From the NCBI GenBank assembly GCA_965221695.1, contig OZ244905.1, positions 1,088,001 through 1,152,000 on the forward strand: a stretch of 64,000 nt of DNA, read 5' to 3'. Shown piece after piece: positions 29,386-40,047 of this stretch. Positions within the stretch are counted from its first letter, which is position 1. The number at the start of each line of letters is the position of its first letter. The notes below the pieces were generated by a model, which was not told where the DNA came from, ran no database searches, and worked only from the letters and a program-made list of their open reading frames with translations. A program made the translations under genes and the position numbers. This DNA comes from Gammaproteobacteria bacterium. Lineage in GTDB: Bacteria; Pseudomonadota; Gammaproteobacteria; Eutrophobiales; Eutrophobiaceae.

Positions 29386-30641
29386 CAGCCTGTCCCTGTA
29401 TGGCGTTGAACAGGGGCGGGAGTGGGTTCGGGGTAAGGCGACGCAGTGTCATTTGCGGACCTGATGTGAAGCAATTGTGCGGCAACGGAAACGGCGATCA
29501 CGCCGGGTTCTTTTGATTCTATTCCCGGAATGCCGATGGGGCAGGTCAGGCGCGCCAGTTGTTTTTCGCTGATGCCCTTGTCCCGCAGTCTTTGTTCAAA
29601 CCGGCGCTGCTTGGTTGCCGAACCGATTAGCCCGAGGAACGCAAAGTCGTCCCGGCGTAGCAGAGCTTCGCACAGGTCCTGGTCAAGCTGGTGGTTGTGG
29701 GTCATTACCAGGCAATAGGCCTGTTCCGGAAGGTTTTCCACCTCTGCGACCGGGTTATCGCTGAGCCGGGTCTCCACACAAGCGGGCAAAGCCGGCGGAA
29801 ACTGCTCGGCGCGGCTGTCAACCCAGGTTATCCGGCAGTCTGTTGCGTTGGCCAGCGCGTTTACCACGGCGCGGCCCACGTGACCGGCGCCGAACAGCGC
29901 GAGCTGAAAGTCGCAGGGCTTGATGATTTCAAAAAACAGCGCATCCGATGTATCCGGCAACGTCGATTGCGTGTCGATCAGCGGATGTAAAACCGCTGTT
30001 TTCGGCGCACCTTGCGCGCGCAGGAGTTCGTCCGCCTTACGCACGGCCAGTTCATCAATGCGTTCGTCGCCGAGGCTGCCCCGGCCGTTTTGCGCGCCGG
30101 CATCTGTTACGATCAGCTTGTCGGTGGTCGGCATTTCGCCAGTCTCAATGTTGGGAACGCTTGCAGGGGGCGATGTTTCTGCCGGAGCGGGGTTGTGCGG
30201 GAATGTTTCTACTGGTAAGCCGTCGCGCGGTAAGGATGATGGGAGTGGCTGCATGATACGGCTTGCCAATAGCGCGCGGGCGTTGCTTTGTTCAAGATCG
30301 GCGGCTGCTTCAAGCCAGCCAGGCGGTTCATACGCGAACGTTTCAAAGTGCAGGAATACCGCGCCACCGCAACACTGTTGCAGCATCGAGCCCAAGGGGA
30401 ATAATTCAATAAAACGGCTGCTGCCGGAGCCGGCCGCCTGTTCCAGGCGGCCCCGTGCAATGCGCTGGGCTTCAAACTCGAGATTGCCGCCGCCGATGGT
30501 ACCCGCTACGTCTGTCCGGGTCACGATCATGCGCGCGCCCGCTTCCCTGGGGGCGGACCCGGCAATATGCGCGACGGTAACCAGCACACACGGCTGGCCG
30601 GCAGCCAGCAAATCCCGCAGCGCCGAAAAACAACGGTTCAT
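29385..30641 (-). CDS. xdhC: Xanthine dehydrogenase accessory protein XdhC
   Basis: GSAPREAGARMIV, GTIGGGNLE, QCCGG, LFGAGHVG, VMTHNHQLD, GLIGSATK. Confidence 0.94.
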   Translation of the reverse strand: MNRCFSALRDLLAAGQPCVLVTVAHIAGSAPREAGARMIVTRTDVAGTIGGGNLEFEAQRIARGRLEQAAGSGSSRFIELFPLGSMLQQCCGGAVFLHFETFAYEPPGWLEAAADLEQSNARALLASRIMQPLPSSLPRDGLPVETFPHNPAPAETSPPASVPNIETGEMPTTDKLIVTDAGAQNGRGSLGDERIDELAVRKADELLRAQGAPKTAVLHPLIDTQSTLPDTSDALFFEIIKPCDFQLALFGAGHVGRAVVNALANATDCRITWVDSRAEQFPPALPACVETRLSDNPVAEVENLPEQAYCLVMTHNHQLDQDLCEALLRRDDFAFLGLIGSATKQRRFEQRLRDKGISEKQLARLTCPIGIPGIESKEPGVIAVSVAAQLLHIRSANDTASPYPEPTPAPVQRHTGTG

Positions 30642-30690
30642 GTGAGCGCCCACCGCTTGATGGCGCCGGCAACTTCTGTCGGGGTCACGA

Positions 30691-33045
30691 TCATGCGACC
30701 GCCTTACGCTTGCCGGCAGCGGTGGTTGGCTGTTGCCGCATCAAGTCATCGATACTGTTCAATACCTGTTCAGGTGTCGCAGGCGCGTGTAATTCCGGTT
30801 TGAAGCCGGCGCCGCGCAGCGACGCAATCGCGTCTTTGAGCGCGTGAAATACCGATATGGCCAGCATCAGGGGCGGTTCACCGACGGCCTTGGAACGGTA
30901 AATCGTCTGTTCCCGGTTCTTGTTCCAATCGACCAGTTCCACATTGTATTCTCTTGGCCAGTCCGTCACCGTGGGAATTTTGTAGGTGGACGGGGCATGG
31001 GTCATGAGCTTGCCGGCGGCGTCCCACCACAATGCCTCGCTGGTCAACCAGCCTGCCCCTTGCAGGAACCCACCTTCCACCTGGCCCAGGTCGATGGCCG
31101 GGTTCAGGGACTCGCCGGCATCGTGCAGGATGTCCACCCGCAGTATTTTATGTTCGCCGGTCAGGGTATCCAGCAGCGTTTCGGTGACCGCGGCGCCGTA
31201 GGCGAAATAGAAAAACGGGCGGCCGCTCAATGTTTGCGCGTCATAATTGATCTTTGGGGTGCGATAAAAACCGGTCGCGGACAGGGAAATTCGCGCCCGG
31301 TACGCGAGTTCGGCCAACTCCGCAAACTCGATCAAACGCTCTCCAACGCGTACGCCTGCCGGTGTAAAACACACCTGATCCGCATCTATACCATAATGTT
31401 GCGCGGCAAACCCGGCCAGCCGCTGTTTGATCGTGATGGCAGCCGCCCTGGCCGCCATCCCGTTCAGGTCGCTGCCCGAAGAGGCGGCGGTCGCGGACGT
31501 GTTCGGCACCTTACCGGTATTGGCCGCGCTGCATGATATCCGCTCCAGGCCAACCTGGAACTCTTCGGCAATCACCTGCGCGACTTTTGTGTACAGTCCC
31601 TGCCCCATCTCGGTGCCGCCATGGTTCAACATAATGCTGCCGTCGCGATATATATGCAGCAGCGCGCCGGCCTGGTTATAGAATGTGGCGGTAAACGCAA
31701 TCCCGAACTTCACGGGGGTGAGCGCAATCCCGCGCTTGAGAATCGCGCTGTTTTCGTTATACGTTTGCACTGCTTTTCGCCTTGCACGGTAAGCGGATTT
31801 TTTTTCCAGTTCGGCCACCAGTTCGTGGATAATGTTGTCCTCGACGGTCATGCCGTAAGGCGTCACGTTCCTGTCTTTTTTGCCGTAGAAGTTGATTTTG
31901 CGCACATCCAGTGGGTCTTTATCCAGAAAACGGGCAATTTCATCAATGACATATTCGATTCCCATCATCCCCTGGGGACCGCCGAAACCCCGAAAGGCCA
32001 CGTTTGATGCCTTGTGGGTTTTGCAACGGTGGGTCGTGATGCGCACATGTTCCAGGAAATAGCAGTTGTCGCTGTGGAACATCGCGCGTGCGTTAATGGG
32101 GCCGGACAGGTCCACCGAACGCCCGCAATCGGAGGCCAGTTCCAGGTCTATGCCTCGGATCAGCCCGGACGCATCAAAACCGACCCGGTAGTCGATCTGA
32201 AAACCATGGCGTTTGCCGGTGATACTCATATCGTCGTCACGGTTTACCCGTAATTTTACCGGCCGGCCGGTCTTGTGCGCAGCCACGGCGGCAATTACTG
32301 CGAACAGCGCCGGCGTGGTTTCCTTGCCGCCGAAACCGCCTCCCATGCGCCGGCATTCGACCACCACATCCTTGGAGGATTTACCCAGGGCCTGCGCCAC
32401 GAGATGCTGTACCTCGGTCGGGTGCTGGGTGGACGCATGCACCAGCATCGCGCCATCCTCCCGGGGGAAGGCAACGGCGATTTGTCCTTCCAGGTAGAAG
32501 TGGTCCTGGCCGCCCATGCACAAACGGCCTTGTAACTGGTGGCCGGCGCCGGCAATCGCCTGCTCCGGCCGGCCACGCGCAATGGTCTGCGATGGCAGCA
32601 CGAAGGATTGTTGCGCTAGCGCGCTGTTGATATCCAGGATGGCCGGCAGTTCTTCATAGTCTATCCGGGCACGGCGCGCGGCCTTGCGCGCATTGTCCAC
32701 CGAATCGGCCAGCACGGCAAAGACGGACTGCCCCACGTATTCCACCAGACCGTCTGCAAAGACCGGATCATCTTCATGGATGGGGCCATGATTATTCTTG
32801 CCGGGGATATCCTGCGCGCAAATGACCAGCGCCACGCCGGGTGAGGAATGGACCGCAGAGAAATCGATATGCGTGATGCGGGCGTGGGCTTTTGTGCTGC
32901 AGCCTATCGCTGCGTAGAGCATTCCCCGTGATTCCGGCTCATCGTCCGTATATTGCGCTGTGCCGCTGACATGCAAGTGTGCGCTTTCATGGGGCAACGG
33001 CGCGCCGGCGCCGGAAAATTCTCCTTTTTCTGCTATTGATCCCAT
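30691..33045 (-). CDS. xdhB: Xanthine dehydrogenase molybdopterin-binding subunit
   Basis: HESAHLHVSG, RRMGGGFGGKET, AFRGFGGPQG, GGTEMGQGL, SKAVGEPPL. Confidence 0.97.
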   Translation of the reverse strand: MGSIAEKGEFSGAGAPLPHESAHLHVSGTAQYTDDEPESRGMLYAAIGCSTKAHARITHIDFSAVHSSPGVALVICAQDIPGKNNHGPIHEDDPVFADGLVEYVGQSVFAVLADSVDNARKAARRARIDYEELPAILDINSALAQQSFVLPSQTIARGRPEQAIAGAGHQLQGRLCMGGQDHFYLEGQIAVAFPREDGAMLVHASTQHPTEVQHLVAQALGKSSKDVVVECRRMGGGFGGKETTPALFAVIAAVAAHKTGRPVKLRVNRDDDMSITGKRHGFQIDYRVGFDASGLIRGIDLELASDCGRSVDLSGPINARAMFHSDNCYFLEHVRITTHRCKTHKASNVAFRGFGGPQGMMGIEYVIDEIARFLDKDPLDVRKINFYGKKDRNVTPYGMTVEDNIIHELVAELEKKSAYRARRKAVQTYNENSAILKRGIALTPVKFGIAFTATFYNQAGALLHIYRDGSIMLNHGGTEMGQGLYTKVAQVIAEEFQVGLERISCSAANTGKVPNTSATAASSGSDLNGMAARAAAITIKQRLAGFAAQHYGIDADQVCFTPAGVRVGERLIEFAELAELAYRARISLSATGFYRTPKINYDAQTLSGRPFFYFAYGAAVTETLLDTLTGEHKILRVDILHDAGESLNPAIDLGQVEGGFLQGAGWLTSEALWWDAAGKLMTHAPSTYKIPTVTDWPREYNVELVDWNKNREQTIYRSKAVGEPPLMLAISVFHALKDAIASLRGAGFKPELHAPATPEQVLNSIDDLMRQQPTTAAGKRKAVA

Positions 33046-34553
33046 ATTGAAGCCTTAACGCCACCTGTTTCCAGGTAGAACCGTTGTAACAGGTTGCCGG
33101 CCACGCGCCGGCGGTATGCGCCGGAGGCGCGCAGGTCGGTCAGCGGCCGGTAGTCTTCTTCCAGCGCCGCGATTGCCGCGGCCACCGTCGCCTCGTTCCA
33201 GGGACTGCCGCGCAATGCCGCCTCGCAACGGGTGGCCCGTTGCGGAATGGCCGCCATCCCGCCATAGCAGATGCGCGTATCGGTAACAGTACCCGCGTCG
33301 AGTTGCAGCCAGTAAGCGCCGCAGACTGCCGAGATGTCCTGGTCGTAGCGTTTGGCGATCTTGTAGCAGCGAAAATGTTCGGTGGTTTCCCGCGCCAACG
33401 GAATCCGCACGGCCTGTACGAACTCGGATGGCTGCAGGGCTGTTTTGCGGTAGTCCAGGTAGAACTCGTCCAGCGCGACCATCCGGGTCGTGCTGCCGCG
33501 GCGCAACACCAGGTCGGCGCCCAGGCTGATAAGCGCCGGCATGGTATCACCAATAGGTGAACCATTGGCGATATTGCCGCACAGGGTGCCGGCATTACGG
33601 ATGGGTGGTGAGGCAAAGCGGCGCATGATTTCATACAGTTCGGGGTAATGATTTTCCAGAGCCGCGAACGCATCGGCAAGACTTACTCCTGCGCCGATTT
33701 GCAGGTGTTCTTCGGTCTCATTGATACGGTCCAGTTCGCCGACACGACCGAGGTAGATGATAATGGGGAACTCCCGGTATGCCTTGGTCACCCAAAGACC
33801 CACATCTGTACCGCCGGCGAGGATGGTGGCTTCGGGATGTAGCATCAACAGTTCGGCCAGTTCGGCGAGGGTTTCGGGGGCATGAAACTCGCCCGAGCCA
33901 CCGGGGTCTCCCGCAATGCCCGAACCGGAGTTATCCTGGTTGCGTAAATCCGGGCCGCGTAACTCAAGCGAACCGCTGGGGCGGATTGCATCAAGGCGCC
34001 GCAACAGGTCCTGTTCATCGAGCAGGTCTTGCCCATAATCATACATCCGGCCCGCGGCGCTGATAATGGGCCGGTAACCGGTACAGCGGCACAGGTTACC
34101 AGATAACGCATCATCGATTTCTCCGCGGGTCGGTCCGGCGTTATTCCTGTACAGGGCAAACAGCGACATCACAAAGCCCGGCGTGCAGAAACCGCACTGG
34201 GAGCCGTGGCAATCCAGCATGGCCTGTTGCACGGGATGCAGTTCGCTGTTGCTGAGCTTACCTAGGCTCTCCACGGTGTACAAGGCCTTGCCGTCCAGGG
34301 TCGGAACGAACTGGATACAGGAATTGATCGATCGGAAACGCACCCGTTGCCCATCCGCTTCGGCAACGACAACGGTGCAGGCGCCGCAATCCCCCTCGGC
34401 GCAACCTTCCTTGGAACCCGTGCGTTGCAGGACATCCCTCAGGTAATTCAGGACGGTGGTTGTAGGCGCAATATTTGCGACTTCATGCACATTATCATCA
34501 AGCAGGAAACGAATCCTGCCGTTTTGCGTACCGTTTTCGACCGAATCGAGCAT
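33033..34553 (-). CDS. xdhA: Xanthine dehydrogenase small subunit (2Fe-2S/FAD)
   Basis: KEGCAEGDCGACTV, HGSQCGFCTPG, GNLCRCTGY, AGGTDVGLW; start taken at ATG 34553, just after uraH. Confidence 0.96.
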   Translation of the reverse strand: MLDSVENGTQNGRIRFLLDDNVHEVANIAPTTTVLNYLRDVLQRTGSKEGCAEGDCGACTVVVAEADGQRVRFRSINSCIQFVPTLDGKALYTVESLGKLSNSELHPVQQAMLDCHGSQCGFCTPGFVMSLFALYRNNAGPTRGEIDDALSGNLCRCTGYRPIISAAGRMYDYGQDLLDEQDLLRRLDAIRPSGSLELRGPDLRNQDNSGSGIAGDPGGSGEFHAPETLAELAELLMLHPEATILAGGTDVGLWVTKAYREFPIIIYLGRVGELDRINETEEHLQIGAGVSLADAFAALENHYPELYEIMRRFASPPIRNAGTLCGNIANGSPIGDTMPALISLGADLVLRRGSTTRMVALDEFYLDYRKTALQPSEFVQAVRIPLARETTEHFRCYKIAKRYDQDISAVCGAYWLQLDAGTVTDTRICYGGMAAIPQRATRCEAALRGSPWNEATVAAAIAALEEDYRPLTDLRASGAYRRRVAGNLLQRFYLETGGVKASIWDQ

Positions 34554-34557
34554 GGCA

Positions 34558-34911
34558 TCAACTGCCGCGATAGGTACTGTAGCTCCAGGGTGAAACCAGC
34601 AGGGGCACGTGATAGTGTTCAGTGGCTGCGGCAATGCCGAAACGCAAGGTCACGCGGTCCAGAAACGGCGGATCGGGCAATTCTATCCCCTGGCCCAAAA
34701 AATATCCGGCCGTGTGAAATACCAGCTCCCAGATGCCGACCTTGAATGCCTCGCCTTCGAGCAGCGGCTTGTCGCAGCGGCCGTCCCGGTTTGTCACGAC
34801 TGATTTCACCCGCGCGCGCCGGTCGCCGTCAATCGAAAACAATTCGACCGTCATACCTGCGGCCGGCTGACCTTGCGCGGTATCGAGCACATGTGTAGTG
34901 AGAAAACCCAT
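34558..34911 (-). CDS. uraH: 5-hydroxyisourate hydrolase (transthyretin-like)
   Basis: [33 protein letters not shown]. Confidence 0.97.
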   Translation of the reverse strand: MGFLTTHVLDTAQGQPAAGMTVELFSIDGDRRARVKSVVTNRDGRCDKPLLEGEAFKVGIWELVFHTAGYFLGQGIELPDPPFLDRVTLRFGIAAATEHYHVPLLVSPWSYSTYRGS

Positions 34912-34970
34912 ATTATCCAGGCAATGCTAATAGAATCACGACATACTGTAAGCCGGATTATACACTCGGG

Positions 34971-36074
<1,104 letters not shown>

Positions 36075-36181
36075 CTAAAGGATCAGTATAGAGTATATCC
36101 GCCGTTTCGCTCAATCGGTTTGCCTGTCATCGGACTTTGCAGGAGGTCCCGGTTACCTCCTTATTGAAGCTAATGTATACT

Positions 36182-36337
36182 TGGGAAACTCTGAACAAGT
36201 CCATCCTGGACTTGTCAGAGTACGGAAAACAAAAATGCGATTTTTGCTTTCCTCACAAAATCAATGCCTTATAGGCATTGATTTTGCCGATACATCCTTG
36301 TATCGTAGGAACATCTGACTTAATCAGATGTTCCCTT
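36182..36337 (-). mobile_element. Family A MITE (GGA-hairpin element)
   Basis: Reverse-complement near-copy of 49681-49911, lacking three internal hairpins; ends GGAAACTCTGA / TCAGATGTTCC. Confidence 0.85.
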
Positions 36338-36342
36338 GATTT

Positions 36343-36978
36343 ATGACGGCTTCCCCGATGACACGCAAAGGCATCCTGTTCATCATCTGTGCGCCTTCCG
36401 GCGCCGGGAAGACCTCGCTTGTGCGGGCGCTGGTGGATTCCATTCCCGACCTATATGTTTCGATTTCGCATACGACCCGGCCCCCGCGGCGCAATGAGAA
36501 GCACGGTGTTGACTACTTCTTTATCAGCCGGGACGAGTTCCGGACCTTGCTTGAACAAGACCGGTTCTTAGAGCATGCCAATGTTTTTGATCATCTTTAC
36601 GGCACCTCGCGCGCCTGGGTGCAGGATCAATTAGCCGGTGGGAAGGATATCATCCTGGAAATAGACTGGCAGGGAGCGCAACAGGCGCGTTCCCATATCA
36701 GGGATTCCGTCAGTATCTTTATCCTGCCCCCTTCGCTCGCAGCCCTGGAAGAGCGTCTGAAGGGGCGCGGCGATGACGAACAGAATATTCGCCGCCGTAT
36801 GCGCGATGCCGTCAACGAGATTGAACATTACGAGGAGTTCGACTACCTGGTTGTCAATGATTTCTTTGACAGAACGCTGAAACAGCTTACTGCAATTGTG
36901 CTCGCAGCCCGCCATAATTACCGGGGTCAACAAGCGTATTACCAGGAAATATTACGGAAGTTATTGCAACAAGACTGA
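36343..36978 (+). CDS. gmk: Guanylate kinase
   Basis: APSGAGKTSL, SHTTRPPR, DIILEIDWQGA. Confidence 0.97.
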   Translation: MTASPMTRKGILFIICAPSGAGKTSLVRALVDSIPDLYVSISHTTRPPRRNEKHGVDYFFISRDEFRTLLEQDRFLEHANVFDHLYGTSRAWVQDQLAGGKDIILEIDWQGAQQARSHIRDSVSIFILPPSLAALEERLKGRGDDEQNIRRRMRDAVNEIEHYEEFDYLVVNDFFDRTLKQLTAIVLAARHNYRGQQAYYQEILRKLLQQD

Positions 36979-36997
36979 TATTCAAGGTAAGATGATC

Positions 36998-37086
36998 AAT
37001 GAAACTATGAACAAGTCCTTCCTGGACTTGTCAGAGTACATCCTTGTATCGTAGGAATCTCCGACTTAATCTCAGAGGTTCCCCAA
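36998..37086 (-). mobile_element. Family A MITE, internally deleted
   Basis: GAAACTATGAACAAGTCCTTCCTGGACTTGTCAGAG-TACATCCTTGTATCGTAGGAATCT..TCAGAGGTTCC. Confidence 0.82.
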
Positions 37087-37160
37087 GTTGTAAAAATGTC
37101 ACCGGCAGAGTTTCTGCGGTAACGTTGGATACCTGTTCATTACTTAATCATCGGAAAATC

Positions 37161-37445
37161 ATGGCTAGACTGACTGTAGAAGACTGTTTGGAAAATATCG
37201 AAAACCGCTATGACCTGGTTTTACTGGCGAGCAAACGCACCCGCCAATTGCTGATGGGGAACGACCCGCTGATTGAAGACCAGTCGGATAAACCCACGGT
37301 GATGGCATTGCGGGAGATCGCGGCAGGGGTTGTCACCAACGAGAATATCGAAGAAATCGGCAAACCCCGGTTTGATCCCGATCTTGAAGATATCGAATTC
37401 CAGACGGTAGATTCGGCAGAGCTGCCAAACGAAGATACGTTCTGA
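37161..37445 (+). CDS. rpoZ: RNA polymerase omega subunit
   Basis: [38 protein letters not shown]. Confidence 0.97.
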   Translation: MARLTVEDCLENIENRYDLVLLASKRTRQLLMGNDPLIEDQSDKPTVMALREIAAGVVTNENIEEIGKPRFDPDLEDIEFQTVDSAELPNEDTF

Positions 37446-37472
37446 TATTGATTGTCCGCCAGCGGCCCCACA

Positions 37473-37705
37473 CTATTACGGTGAAAACGGGAATCCAGTG
37501 AAATAATGGGCCGCCCTGCGGGCGACACTGCGTTTGACTGGACTCCCGCGTTTGACTGGACTCCCGCTTTCGCGGGAGTGGTTTGGTGGCAGTGTTCACG
37601 GAAGCGCCTCCATCCCATTCCCGCGGAAGCGGCAATCCAGTGAGACAATGGGTCGCCCTCTGGGCGACACAACATTTAACTGGACTCCCTCTTTCATGGG
37701 CGTGG
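37473..37705 (+). repeat. Two tandem family B REPIN-like elements (37473-37581, 37615-37705)
   Basis: Each is [ATTCCCGC-like hairpin]GGAATCCAGTG..GTCGCCC/GGGCGAC hairpin..ACTGGACTCCCGCTTTCGCGGGAGT. The first has an 18-bp tandem duplication (GCGTTTGACTGGACTCCC x2 from 37530). Confidence 0.85.
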
Positions 37706-37772
37706 TGGGCGCCGGTGAGTAACTACCAGTAGATTTTCCCCTTTTCCGGCAACTCGCGTTATACTTTCCGTT

Positions 37773-39884
37773 ATGACCACGATCGTTGAACTCGAGAAGA
37801 GGATAGGCGGCTACCTTACTACTGAAGAGGTAGAAAAGGTACGCCGCGCCTATGAGTTCAGCGCCTCGGCCCATGAAGGGCAGCATCGCAAAAGCGGTGA
37901 ACCCTATATCAGCCATCCCCTCGAAGTGGCCGGCATTCTCGGCGACATGCATATGGACCACCAGACCCTTGCCGCGGCCATCCTGCACGATGTGATCGAA
38001 GATACCGCGATCGATAAAAAAGAAATCGTGCGCCGCTTCGGCAAGGGCGTCGCAGAATTGGTGGACGGCGTCAGCAAGCTGACGCAGGTAGAATTTGATT
38101 CACACGCGGAAGCCCAGGCCCACAACTTCCGCAAGATGCTGATGGCCATGAGCAACGATATCCGCGTGATCATGGTCAAACTGGCAGACCGCCTGCATAA
38201 CATGCGTACCCTGGGCGCGCTGGCGCCGGCCAAGCGCCGGCGCATCGCACGGGAAACCCTGGAGATCTACGCGCCGATTGCCCAACGCCTGGGGATAAAC
38301 AGCATTCGCCTGGAACTGGAGGATTTGGGCTTCGCGACGCTCTACCCGATGCGTTACCGGATTCTGAACGAGCAGATCATCAAGGCCAGGGGACATCGCA
38401 AGGAAATCATAGACAAGATAAGAAACTCCATCAAACGCCGGCTGCGACAGGAAAAAATTCCGGCGAAGGTAATCGGCAGGGAAAAACACCTGTACGGAAT
38501 TTACCGGAAAATGCTGGAAAAGGACTTGTCCTTCAGTGAAGTTTACGATGTTTACGCATTCCGGATCATCGTTGATGATGTGGATACCTGTTACCGCGTG
38601 GTGGGCACCGTACACAACTTGTATCGTCCGGTTCCGGGCAAATTCAAGGACTATGTGGCAATTCCGAAGTCAAACGGCTACCAGTCCCTGCACACCGTTC
38701 TGTTTGGCCCATACGGTGTGCCCCTGGAAGTACAGATCAGAACAACAGACATGAACGATGTTGCCGAAGCGGGTATTGCCGCTCACTGGTTGTACAAGTC
38801 CGGACCGTCTTCGGACCGCAGCGGCGCGCATAAACGCGCGCGCGAATGGCTGCAACATGTGATGGAAATGCAGACCACGGCCGGCAACCCCCAGGACTTT
38901 CTGGACCATGTCAAGATCGACCTGTTCCCCGAAGCCGTTTATGCGTTCACGCCCAAGGGAGACATCTTCGAACTGCAAAAGGGGGCGACAGCCGTGGACT
39001 TTGCCTACGCGATCCACACTGATGTCGGCAACAGTTGCGTGGGAGTCAGGATTGACCGGCGTCTGGCGCCGTTGAGCACGCACCTGGCCACAGGGCAAAC
39101 CATTGAGGTCATTACCGCTCCGGGCGCAAAACCGGACCCCTCGTGGCTGAGTTTTGCGGTCACTGCCAAGGCCAGGGCAAATATCAGGCACTATCTGAAA
39201 AATCTCCGCAAGAGTGAGGCGCGCGCGCTGGGCAAACGCCTGCTCGTCAGAGAACTGAAGACTTACTCCACTAAGCACGATGAAATCGAGCCGGCCCAAT
39301 GGACCAAGTTGCTGAAGGAGTTCAACCTGGACAGCCAGGATGAATTGCTCCAGGAAATCGGGCTGGGCAATCGTATTGCCGCGCTGGTTGCCAGGCAACT
39401 GACCGAGAAGCCGGTAACGACCCGGAAGAAAGCAAGAAAAAACAACGTGCCACTGAGTATAAGCGGGACCGAGGGCATGGTCGTGAACTTCCCCAAGTGC
39501 TGCCTGCCGATCCCCGGCGACCCTATCTTGGGGTTTGTGACGACGGGGCGCGGCATTGTCGTACACCATCAGACCTGCCCGAACGTCACGGAATTCAGGA
39601 ACCACCCTGACAAGTGGCTGGATGTTGCCTGGGAGGAACAGATTGACGGCAGCTTTCCCACCAACATCCGGGTGGAGGTTACCAACCAGCGCGGCGTTCT
39701 GGCCAAGATTGCCACGGAAATCGCCGCGCGCAACGCCAATATCGTCAGCGTGGAAATGCACGACAAGGACGACCGTTATACAACCCTGAAGTTCATCGTG
39801 GAAGTCACCGATCGCTTGCACCTGGCGCACATCATCAGACGGATCAGGAATATCCGGCACGTGTCCAAGATCAGCAGAAGATAA
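37773..39884 (+). CDS. spoT: Bifunctional (p)ppGpp synthetase/hydrolase
   Basis: HEGQHRKSGEPYISHP, LHDVIED, KLADRLHNMRTL, YQSLHT; TGS and ACT domains. Confidence 0.97.
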   Translation: MTTIVELEKRIGGYLTTEEVEKVRRAYEFSASAHEGQHRKSGEPYISHPLEVAGILGDMHMDHQTLAAAILHDVIEDTAIDKKEIVRRFGKGVAELVDGVSKLTQVEFDSHAEAQAHNFRKMLMAMSNDIRVIMVKLADRLHNMRTLGALAPAKRRRIARETLEIYAPIAQRLGINSIRLELEDLGFATLYPMRYRILNEQIIKARGHRKEIIDKIRNSIKRRLRQEKIPAKVIGREKHLYGIYRKMLEKDLSFSEVYDVYAFRIIVDDVDTCYRVVGTVHNLYRPVPGKFKDYVAIPKSNGYQSLHTVLFGPYGVPLEVQIRTTDMNDVAEAGIAAHWLYKSGPSSDRSGAHKRAREWLQHVMEMQTTAGNPQDFLDHVKIDLFPEAVYAFTPKGDIFELQKGATAVDFAYAIHTDVGNSCVGVRIDRRLAPLSTHLATGQTIEVITAPGAKPDPSWLSFAVTAKARANIRHYLKNLRKSEARALGKRLLVRELKTYSTKHDEIEPAQWTKLLKEFNLDSQDELLQEIGLGNRIAALVARQLTEKPVTTRKKARKNNVPLSISGTEGMVVNFPKCCLPIPGDPILGFVTTGRGIVVHHQTCPNVTEFRNHPDKWLDVAWEEQIDGSFPTNIRVEVTNQRGVLAKIATEIAARNANIVSVEMHDKDDRYTTLKFIVEVTDRLHLAHIIRRIRNIRHVSKISRR

Positions 39885-40047
39885 ATCCGCAGTTAAAACG
39901 CAGATGAATTCAGATTTGTCATGCCATGGGGAGAGATAGCGATTCCTGATCCGAATAACGCTCATATTGTTTCCAGGCGCGCTGTGAGCCTGCACGGCGC
40001 TCGTCATTCATTTGTGTCAACCCGGGCAATCTGTGCAGTCTGTGGAT
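39885..40047. repeat. Family C inverted-repeat element (ATCCGCAG..CGCAGATGAATTCAGAT / ATCTGTGCAGTCTGTGGAT)
   Basis: Imperfect inverted termini built from CAGAT/ATCTG subrepeats; resembles the repeats that flank GxxExxY-protein genes. Confidence 0.6.

Noticed and set aside
30130-30255. Pro-rich insertion in XdhC as an in-frame palindromic element
   Set aside because: No match to families A, B or C; only a weak 30-bp periodicity, consistent with a low-complexity linker.
38670-40007. 445-aa minus-strand ORF
   Set aside because: Antisense shadow of spoT.
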